Source: Atractiella rhizophila (taxonomy: Eukaryota). Taken from it: 33,382 nt of DNA. Numbering within the stretch: position 1 is the first letter of the stretch; every line of letters begins with the position of its first letter. The DNA is taken from assembly GCA_021432655.1 (NCBI GenBank), contig MU271507.1, positions 1 through 33,382 on the forward strand. The letters run 5' to 3'. This document shows, one piece after another, positions 1 to 10,386 of this stretch. The notes below the pieces were generated by a model that saw only the letters and a list, made by a program, of their open reading frames with translations, made no database searches and was not told where the DNA came from. A program made the position numbers and the translations under genes.

Positions 1-1304
1 TTACGTCATTGTCTGAATGAATTCTCATGGTAGATGTACCAGATTCAGTGCCGTCAAAAGCTCTCTGAATGCTGTGGTGGGTGCTTTGACCAGTCGCTTT
101 GGTTCTGCATCTCAAGACTCGATAGAACGTTGTCGAACTTGCCACGAAATTGTTCAACAAAATTTCCAACCAAGCAGAGATATATTTCGAGGATCCAGCT
201 ACATTTTCTATCAATAACTCACCTGAGAATCGCGAGATCACGAAAGATCTGCTGCAGTACGAAATCAGTTGGGCTAACACAGTTGGTATTTTCTTGTCGT
301 TGGACTTTCATATGAGTAGAGATACAGCTGTATAGTTGGAATGAGACAGTCACAGCCGCTGTCAAGCAGGGCAACGCGAGTGCGGAAGACGTTATCGGCT
401 CGGAGGTCCAGCGATTCTTCCTCATTGTCATCACGGATGCCTTTCAAAAGTACAAGATTGCGTTGGATGACCGACTGCTCTTCAAAGAAAGGGGTATTGT
501 GAATAACTACAAAAATATCACAGAAGGTGACGCTGCTTGTTTCTGCCAGTGATTAGGAGATGCTCATTATGACAGCCGTCACGACTGAATATATTAACGA
601 GGTGCTCTCAGCTGCACTAAAACCCTCACTCTTTCTCCTTCCAGTTGCTGGAGGGTTCCTCTTTTCTGTTTCAGTACTTCGTCTGAGTACTCGATGGCCG
701 CGTGGTCAGTCTCATCTCCCTTTGTCATTAAGACCGTCTCACTGACCTGTACTTCTGTAGACCTGTGGGATTGGATTTCGATTTCCGCGTTGGCAGCGAT
801 AGCAGTTATCCTGCTCTTCTTCGCTCTTCTCGACATCGGCAACAAAGGAACCTCATCAAACTTGGTCCCTTACATCCTCCTAGAGGACAATTGGCTAAGT
901 AAGCTTTCCAATGGTCAATGCATACGACATTACCGGTTGATGTGCCCTCACTAGTTCCTCTCGTTCTATTCATTTACACTGCGATAGTTGTGGGAGAGCA
1001 ATTGCTCCTTCTCCTTGTAAGGAGACGATATCACAACGGCGACCGTACCACACCAATACAAATGCGAAGAAAAGCGGAAGGGCTGAGAGATGTGAACGAG
1101 AAGGAACAGCCGCCATCCACGTCGAATACATGCCGGACTGAGACTGAGAGCCAGACTCAGGATGTAGGAGAGATTTCTGACGAGGCGAATAGCCAAAGTC
1201 AGAGAATAAGTGCGGAAGAGACGAGAGCAACGTCATCTGATGAAGGAAAAGAGAGTATACAGGCATTGACTCCAAGAAAGCATCTCCCGACGATAAAACG
1301 TTAG
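1..1304 (+). CDS. 3' portion of a multi-exon integral membrane protein gene (possibly fungal LtrA/low-temperature-requirement-A-like); 5' end lies outside the window
   Basis: Exons splice into one frame: ...QAEIYFEDPATFSINN..., WNETVTAAVKQGNASAEDVIGSEVQRFFLIVITDAFQKY..., hydrophobic segments LFLLPVAGGFLFSVSVL, WDWISISALAAIAVILLFFALL and LVPLVLFIYTAIVVGEQLLLLLV, then a polar tail ending at TAG 1302-1304. The LtrA-like call is only a recalled resemblance. Confidence 0.55.
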
Positions 1305-1376
1305 TATTTATTGCACAACATACATGATTCAACTGGATTTCCTTTCACCATGCCTTTATTGACTGTCAAACACTCA

Positions 1377-4300
1377 TCATGTGAACGTTATCTTGAGATT
1401 TTGGCCTCTCCTGAGCAACACGGCAATCTCTGTGCCACTTCGCTGGATCACACCAGCGCCTTCGGCGCGCTTGCCTTGAAATGTGTTCGAGATCAAAGCA
1501 ACTGTCCGATCTTTGACAGCTTTGTCCGCGATGAGCTGGATGCTCTGAGGTACACTGTTCTCCCAAACAAGAGAGATTCCAATACCATCTCTGGCCCTGC
1601 CGCCCGTGAAAGAGCCTGATGGCCAAGAAGGAGACAATGCAGGCAGAATCGTGATACGGGTCTCGTTTCGGAACCTGCGGCAGATCAGACTGTGCCTGCT
1701 GATATGACAGCAAGATATGAGGACAATGAACGCACTCAAGCGTTGAATCAAGTGACCGATAAAGCATGTTCACCACAGCTGCTGGGGCTCCACCATTGGC
1801 ATCCTAGGCAAAGCGGCACAACTTGTCATATATCTCTATACGAAGGGGCTACTCACAAACTGGAACAGTGCCTTGTGTCCGCTATACATCGACAGGAGAT
1901 TGCCCGCAAGGTTACTGAGATATCATGAGCAGGAGTGAAAGAGAGGGACATGTCCACTGACGACCATATTGTGTACCGTAGCTGAAACGTCGCCCAAGTA
2001 CTGTTACCCAACGAGCTGGCAACGACAGAACGCATAATCTGCGTTTAATGTGAGCGACGATTCTCAGTCAGCAGAATTGAAACCTTTTCCCAACCAGCAT
2101 CTGAATCGGACGTTCCTTTGCCTGCCATACAGCCCACATAAGCTTTAAAGACACAGCAGAAGAATAAATATAGAAGAAACATTTGCCTCGTGCATTCAAA
2201 GAGACTGCGACAGCGTCCAGCACCGTTTGGTTTTTAAGAGAATCTCCGAGATATCCGCTCACTAGGACAAGTTTATGCTGAGTTTGATCTTGGAAGACAT
2301 GACAGGTTGACAAACCTTGGTAGCCGGGATACGTCCCCAGAAGGTGAGAAAGATGCCTGTGCTGATCTTGCGGGTTGTCGTAGTCAATTTTCCATTCTAG
2401 ATTGACAATAAATTATGCGGACGTCGAAACAATACCAGTACGAGCCTTGAAACTGTCCCCAACTCCCTGTGTTCGTCAGGTATCAATACCTTGTCGGCTA
2501 CGACACGCACCAATTCTGACGCCGTCTGACAGTCGCTCCAAGGTCGACTCCACATTAGAGAGGAATTCTGTGTCGGTCTCTCCAGATAGTTCCCAATCCT
2601 TCCTGATGTCGTGGAGCAGCTCCCAAATCGCATTTTGGTTCCCAGTACACCCGAAAGAAACGGTTGCTACCCATTCTCAGCATAGGCTTTCCGAGATCAA
2701 GGTGCAACATACTCTGCTCCGCTGAGTTGCATGGATTGATAACAAGGGTTGAGTCATTGAAGTACTGGTCTTCTACAAGGAATGACATCTGAAATTTTGC
2801 GTGATCCTGTTGTTCTTTCAGCACATTATGAGAACCGCCAAATACAACTCACCTTCATCAAGGGCCATGTAACTTCTCTGAAGAAATCGACTTCCGATGG
2901 ATTGTAATCTAGGTGATCATGCAAGTGTTGCAATAGCCAAGCAGGCAGAGACGACATATCTGCCCACTGCGAACTAATTTGTCAACTGTGGAATCGTTGA
3001 GGAATTCAATACCTGTGGATGAGAAGGCGATCCCGCCCCCTGCGTGAATGCCTCTCAGATGCAGTTCACAGATGGAAAGACGGTCCCACCTTCATTCCGG
3101 TATATCCAAACACTGAGTAAAGGCACGTCAGCCTAGACAACTGAGCGTCGAGGTCTTACGATTGCTTTCGGTATGGGCCGTGTATCCGCTGGCATTATAA
3201 AGAACTTGTGCGGTCTCCGTCCCACGATCTTTCAGCGCGTACTGCAATTGTTGACCTTTACTGAGAAGGAATTCGCTAAAGCAAAAGATGACGACATACG
3301 AGCATCCAGTAACCCATATTCTCAATCCCTTCCCCAATCCCTGTTGTCTCTCCAGCCCATTGATACATTTGAATATTAATATCGAGATGGTAATCTAACT
3401 CTTCTTAGCTTCTAAATATCGCGAGAGAAATAATTACCTGCTCCCCAAGGACCTAGAATATGGATTTCAGCAAGGAATAATCCCAAGTAAAGCGGCAGCA
3501 ATCATACCCGAGACATCTTGTAACCAAATTCCTTGAAGATTGGGAGGCAGGTTATGATGAGGTCGATCCTTTCCCTTTCGCGCACTGCTGATCAACAGAT
3601 GCCTCCCAAAATTGAAAACATTCCATTCGAGTAAAGCGTTCCCGACCGAATAGTCGTAACGTTCAGTCAGCTGATCAGTTGGCGTGTTGATGTCTTCCTC
3701 GTTAGATGACTGCCCAATATCCAACTTGAAGGCACCCGAGAGAGCAGCGTAGTCTTGGATGTGTTCAGCTACTCGTCACTGTTAACTAACTTGAGACGGT
3801 GACGGCGGCAGAAGACGAACCCAGTAAATCGTCAAAACTTTTCAAGCTTGCCACGTTCACGTTCGACACCGGAAGGGTACTGGCTTCGTCATCGCCGCGA
3901 CAAGAATATCCGCCATCCTTTCCACAACGAGAGAGGTCAAAGTTGGTCTCACCACTCCAAACAACCCGACACTCCCTAGCTCCTGTCACCAGTACTTTCG
4001 CTCCGTCTGCATTGTCCTCGCATTGAACGGCCGCTCTTTCGTCGGCATGCACCGATGCCAAGATACCATACGACATAGAATCCACTCCGTACGTGTCGTT
4101 TGTCACTTCTCCTCCAAGCCAGAGCGCTGCCGACACCTTTGATGTCTGTTCCGAGACACATTTTGCCTTCGGAACGAAAGACATAGGAGTTCCCAAAGTG
4201 TAAGTGAAGTTGATGGGTATGGAAGAGAGAGTGTTGGTCGCGCAGAGACTGGCGGGGTATGAACAGAATGAGACACTGGACAGACTTTTAGTTTGCTATT

Positions 4301-5135
4301 CTGACGAGTGAGTTTGAAGCGAACCGCTCATAATTCCCTGATGAATCGCTCCAAGTCACGTTTATCAAGCCTCTATCCATGTCCAACGCTCGAGTGTAGG
4401 AGGTGAGGTCATCGAGTCTAAAAGGAGACGAGATATTGAGTGACCCTGCCGTGATGTATGTACCCTGTTATGAAAAAGAAAAGAAGGCATCAATGACCAC
4501 AAAGCTGCTGGTGAGGGAATGCAAACCCACATAGTCGTCTGAGCCTGGTCCCAGAAGATTATCAATCTGTCCGGTTCCATTCGCAAATATCCTAGCACGC
4601 GCAGCGGCCAGTTCCTGGGCATAATAATCCGCTGTCGAAGCTGGTGGATTCTACATGTCCCTCTTGAGCTTGGCCCTTTCCGCTCCATGGTTGGAATGTG
4701 AAAGCTCAAGAAACGTACGCCACCACTGTATGAAGCGTTTCTGAATGGCCCACCAAGCCACAACGAGTGGATGTTGAGCTGCACGCAATGGTTCAGGATT
4801 ACACCGTTGACATGAAGAGATGGGAGAACGGACCCAATGGGTGTCCAAGTCTGGTGAACCCGTCGTCATCTCGCCCAGGTACCCGTTTCCTCTTTAATGC
4901 ATCCCAAGTTTGACAATCAAGATCAATGGAAGGGAAAGCAAGGAGAGACGAACATGGGGTATGCTTGATAGTACCAGTCCTTGCCAGGTCCGACACTCCA
5001 TAATGCATTGAGGGTGTCAGGACGTTTGGAAGTTGATGTCGGATTCGGGGGAGGTGTGAGGGTGATCCGTGCTGCCTCTGCCGTCAAAGGCAGAAGCAGA
5101 AGTAAGGCGGCACAGAGGGGGAGCGGGGGAGGCAT
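1377..5135 (-). CDS. Secreted glycoside hydrolase family 95 (alpha-L-fucosidase-like), many introns
   Basis: Signal peptide MPPPLPLCAALLLLLPLTAEA. GH95 motifs occur in the correct order after splicing: YPIGNGYLG...LNIHSLWLGGP, FNFGRHLLISSAR...PPNLQGIW, DYHLDINIQMYQW, NPCNSAEQ, GQFQEWK...HRHLSHLLGTYPG, DAGWEK, LFQFDANGGAPAAVVNML, ILPALSPSWPSGSFTGGRARDG. Confidence 0.93.
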
Positions 5136-6479
5136 GGTGTTTGAAACTCCGTCCTTGGAGCGCTACCGGGTGGAGTGACGAAGAGATAGATATAGACATA
5201 AAGAAAAGGGGGAGAGCATTCGGAAGAAGGCCCGGATGGCCTCGTCGTGATACGCGTCACACATCCCTCCACCCTCTCCCCGCAAGAGCTACTGGTTGGG
5301 GGAGGGGACCCCGCATGAGGTAGTGGTCCGTGGAGCCTGTTTCCCAAATAGGCATGACAGTCATCATTCCTAGATGCAATATATCTCATCTTCTCCCCCT
5401 CAAATCCTGACTATCATTGGATATGAGCGCATGCACGGTGAGGTGACAACAGTCCCCCTCGTCTCATCGTCAGTGATCCGACCTTAGAACCTCTCCGTCA
5501 CACGGTTGCGTTTTTCAACCGGTACACAACGGATGTGCACTCGAGAACAAAAAGTGTATCGATCTGATTCACATAAAGCCAATTCGTCTTTCAGGCTGTT
5601 TTCATATTCTCTGGGTGATTGACCTTCGCCTTTCCACCTACTCAGGCATTCGCTCATCCATACAGTCAGTCATAGCCAGACAAAGGACGGTGCAGCTCGG
5701 GTGTTTTGCTGAACAGAGAGAATAAGCTGAATGCTAAATGGACAGGGGATCAGCTCCATCGTATTTTTTGACCACCACATCATCACTGCTAGGTGAAGGG
5801 AGTAAATGATGTCACGGTTTACTGGCTCAATATCTCTCAGCAGAGAAAGAATTTTTAATTTTCGTTCGTTTTGTGCGTCATCACGTGAGTGAAAGAGGCT
5901 CAATATCTTTTCTCTAAATCGTCTTCTCAACTCGTATTATTAGACGAGGTAAGGAGATGTTTTAAACAATTCTAAGTCGCTCAACCATTCCATCTTGATG
6001 GAATTCAGACGTCAAGCGATGATGGAGGACAGAGCAAGGTCTTTTCGGAAGAAATTAAGAGGGAGGAAGGTCTTCAATCTTGTGATATGGTACCATGCAT
6101 TGAATCGAGCTTTTGAGTCGCTCATGCGCAAGAAGTACTCTGTATTAGGCCTTCTAACTGCTCATGAAAGAGGGAGCACGTAGTGGTTGGACAAACACGT
6201 CTTTCGACTGCCTTCATGTGTACCCATAGAGAGCTCTCTCTGCATAGCTGCCTAGCGCTACAGCTCGAAGAATCAACTCACATCGCTGAGACCCAGAACA
6301 TGCTTCAGTAACAAACAATGAACAGCCCAGCTTTCCACATGAGCATGTCAGCCCACAAAGTCGAATACTCGTTCTTTTCTCCGCCTTGTCTTGGCAATTG
6401 GCCAATCAAAGGAACCCTCGGCCCGTTTCCGGCGGAACTAGAAGAGAAAAAGGCGATCGCAAACGGTGGCACACACACC

Positions 6480-8261
6480 ATGAAAGCACCTAAACTGTTC
6501 CTCACCTTCTCTCCGCCTCCCTCGCCCTCGCCCCTTCTCCCCTCGCACCCGCCCCACGCCCACTCCCAGTCGCTGCCCCTCACCCCCACGCGCACCATTC
6601 TCAGCCCGCCGATGGACGTGATGCCCTCCGCGGTCAACCTCAGGCCGGATGCGTCGACGAGTGCGCAGCGGATCAGAGCGCGGAGCGTGACGAATGGACA
6701 GACCCAGGACGCGGGCAATCCGAACTTGCAGCCGGCGGTGGCGAAGGTGGAAGAGTCGAGCGAGGACTCGTCGAATGAGGGAATGGATGTGAAGGCCGGG
6801 AGTGGAATCGGGGACGAGGCCGGATCAGCGCTCGCTCTTTTACAGGGAGGTGTGTCGATGAAGGGGAAGGAGAGAAGGAGGGAGAATGGGAGCGATGTGT
6901 CGTTGGAGATGGACGATCTTCTCTCGGAAGAAGCATCCACCTCTTCCACTCCGCCCACGTCGAACCCTCCCTCCGATCCAGATACATCCAAACCGACATC
7001 CCATCTCCCTCCTCCGTTACTCGAGCCTCCGATCATACTCGAACCGGGAGTGTTGCGGAGAGGGCTCCTCATATTATCCGTAGTCTTCCTCTCCTCCCTC
7101 GCAATCTGTGCTTTCCTCGTCTCCACGTTACCAGCTTTGAAGATCCCACACGAAGCGAAGGATGTGCTGGGTATATTTAAAGGCCTACAAGAGTACCGTA
7201 CGAGTTCATGGAGTGCCGAGGTGCACGTACTCTCCGTTCTATGGTGTGTATATTTTCTCTTTCTTTCCCCTTTTTTTTGCTTTGTCAATGAGGGCTGGAG
7301 TGACGGCTGATGTTCGGCTATTTGGGAACAGCGTGTTGCTCCTCTTCAAACAAACGTTTTCCATCCCTGGAAGCATCCTCATGAACATGCTCCTCGGCGC
7401 TCTCTACTCCACCTGGGCCGCCACACTCTACTCCTGTCTCCTGACCGCTCTCGGCTCACTCTTTGCCTACGAGCTCGCTCGGATCTTCTCTCCTCTCGTT
7501 CGTCCTCCCCTCCCTTCTCTTTCTCTCACTCACTCACTAAATCTCATGTATTGGATGCGTTGGGTATGTTATAGGTATCATACTACCTCCCCACCCCGCT
7601 CTCACTCACCAAACGCACCCTCCCCTCGCCCACCTCCTCCCAATTCACCTCCTCCCTCCTCCTCGCCCGTCTCTTCCCCCTCCTCCCCTACTCCGTCCTC
7701 AACCTCGTCTCCGGCGTCCTCCACCACCCCCGCCAACCGTTCTTCTGGACGATCGTCGTCGGCAGCTGGCCCTACAACTACGTCACCACCCAGTGCGGCG
7801 AGATCCTGGCCCTGGCCGGCGCGAGCGAAGAGGGCATCGGAGGCATATGGAATGCGAGGATGGTCGGAAAGCTCTTGTTTGTCAGCTTGGTCTCTACCGT
7901 CCCTCTGGTGGCGAAGAACCAGCTGCAGAGAGCGGTGACGGCGCTCCTTGCCCATGTCAGTCTCTTGACCGGAGCCGGGAATGGGGTGGGAGGGAGAGGA
8001 GATGGAATTGGGATGGGAAGTCTGGGAGGAGGGAGGAGGATGTCGGGGAGGGAGAGGAGGAGGAAGAATAGGAGCGACCTTTCTGGAATCGGAGGGGGTA
8101 GGACGTATGGGCACGTGCCGAGGAAGAGCGCGGTCATTGTCGGCGGATTTGCTGGAGCAGATGGGAAGGGGAAGGGGAAAGGGAGTGGAAGTGGAAATGC
8201 TGGGAGGGGAAGGAGCGGGACGGGACGGTTGGAGGAGGGATGGTTTGAACAGGGTCAGTAG
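6480..8261 (+). CDS. VTT/SNARE-associated Golgi (DedA superfamily) membrane protein, TMEM41/TVP38-like
   Basis: Three exons (6480-7243, 7332-7497, 7575-8261). Motifs FKQTFSIPGSILMNMLLGALY, LLARLFPLLPYSVLNLVSG and FFWTIVVGSWPYNYV. Long Pro/Ser-rich N-terminus and Gly/Arg-rich tail. The start codon could alternatively be an in-frame upstream ATG (6318 onward). Confidence 0.85.
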
Positions 8262-9383
8262 ATGCTGAGGATTGTTTTTTGTGGCCGTTTTTGGGGATAG
8301 AGAGGTGGAGGTGGAAGTGGGAGGAGAGGATATATAGTCCATTGGATTATTTATGTATTATCTTTTACAGTAGTAGTATTTTTCTGTGGTAATTGTCGAC
8401 CCAACATCTTTTTCTTCCCATCTTTACATGCATCTTTACCCATAGTCGAGGTGGAGATTCCGCGTTTTACTCATCCGGGAACCATTTTGTTTTGGTGATT
8501 GAAACGACCAAGCTGACGATGCATCACTGCCAACTCTATCTCGTGGACTGGTATAATAAAAGGAGCTAACACACCAATGCAGGGCTTGTTTATGATGCAC
8601 AGAGGGAATTAATGCCGTGCGCGTATTGAGATAAGTGCGTTTTCCTTTCTCCATCAATCTCTCACTGGGTTGGTCTCCGTCGTGCACGTTGGGACAGTTC
8701 GCTAGTGTTCAAGTTGATCAAGCGAGCAAGGAGAGGTACTTTGACTCTGAGAGAGTCGCGCAGGTTCTTGCTAGCGAGAAAAGATGCTCCTCTACTCGTC
8801 CTCATAAAGTAAAGTGGAGCCATTATTATCAACGTTCAGATGTGTTCGCTCGCTTAGCGTTGTTCGTTTCGCAAACGTTGCTTTGCTGGCTGAACGAGAT
8901 GAGGAAGGAATCTCCAAGGAAGAGGAGGATGTTCAAGGGGGTGGGTTGAATGGGTGAGGAACCAGGGGATGAGTTACAGTGGAGAATGAAGGAAGCTGCT
9001 CTCAAAGCTATTGGGGATTCATTAATATTCATTCCTGATCTTGGAAACTTTGTGTTTGATGAAATGACCCTTCTGTGGGCTTACGTTGAGAGTTCTACAA
9101 CGAGGTCGAATAAAGGAGAAGATTAGAATGACCACCAGCGTTCAGCTGACACATTCTGTTCTGGCTCCCCATTTATCCTCCTGAGGTTTCAGGTCACTCG
9201 TCCAAGCTTTCATGAAAGAGAGATATGCTATTGCACATTACTAAGAAAGATATACAAATGTTGGCTGGAGAAGAGGCGTAATAGGTATTTTTACAAGTGG
9301 CTAGCAATCAATGACTTGTTTCCACCCCGATTGACACGCCAGTTTCGTCTCTGGGGGAGGGCAAGGACTAGCAAACGATAGAC

Positions 9384-9935
9384 TTGAAGGATGTTCCACC
9401 CTCGCCGTCATTCGTCGCTCCATGTATCATGAGTTCACAGATGGAGCTGTCACTTGATGCTGTTGGGTTTCCGACTATCTCCAATATTTGCGATAGAACA
9501 CTAAAAGATGAGTTCTCCGTTTTCTCCAACTCTTCTGGATGGAACTGGCTAGGCCTTATGAGGTCAGGCGAGGATACCTCACGATGGCTCAAAGAGAATG
9601 GTAGACCCAGGCGCACACCAGCGGACGGTCCTTCCAAACTATTTCCAGTCGTCACCTTCTTACCTTTAGCCGTCAACAGTCTTACCATATTCTGGAGGGT
9701 CGACGACGGTTAACGAGGGTTTTATCCGGACTCCATGGAAGACATCGGTTACAGGAATATTCTGGTTGGTCGAGTTAACCGCTGAGCTCCCTCCCGTCAT
9801 CTTTCCCCACGCTAAGGCAGTCCCTTTTTCTGCCAGCAGGACGTCTTTCCCAATCGTCAGAGGTAAGAAGGTGCAGATGAGTGGCATTGTGTACCTCGGC
9901 CAGACTGTCAGCGCTTCTACACTATTCATCTCCTA
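9384..9935 (+). pseudogene. Probable decayed gene fragment of an unidentified family (paralogous to ~14113-14237 on the opposite strand)
   Basis: Frame KLFPVVTFLPLAVNSLTIFWRV continues after a +1 shift as TVNEGF...LVELTAELPPVIF. Clear nucleotide similarity to the inverted copy near 14.1-14.2 kb. Confidence 0.35.
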
Positions 9936-10386
9936 AAGCACGCATCATCGCTGCTATTTTCAAGCTTCATCCTTGTGCTCTACACCTCACCTGACCTCCC
10001 TCTACTTATCCTCCCCCCATTCGTTGAACCGCACACGTGGATGTAATCCGGTCCATCGACCCCGCGGAGAGCGATGCCGTCCTGTATTCTTGGGTTTGAA
10101 TTGGCTTTCCTCACGCAAGCAACAGCCAAATGAACAAAAGGCGATCTATCTACGGATCAGCGCTGAAGCGCTTAGGATCAATTCATCGATCTATCGCTTG
10201 CTTATCCACTCTTCATTCTCCCAAGAAGCGAGGCGGGAATTAATAGACACGCGGAGCCATGTCCTTACCATCCTCATGCGTCCTGTACGGTCCGAAGTAT
10301 GGCAATACTCCCTTACTTTATAACGGAGGCTTATTGGTGTCTGTCTCCATGAATCTGTGAAGCCAAGTCCATCTAGACCATAGACC

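Noticed and set aside
5670..6183. Fragmentary ORFs between the GH95 and VTT genes
   Set aside because: No motif or splice-consistent model; could be a relic but cannot be supported.
6305..8342. Long minus-strand ORFs (327 aa, 246 aa) opposite the VTT-domain gene
   Set aside because: Antisense shadows of GC-rich low-complexity coding sequence; the + strand carries the family motifs.
8700..8830. Minus-strand EEHLFSLARTCATLSE, faintly F-box-like
   Set aside because: Too short and surrounded by stops to support a call.
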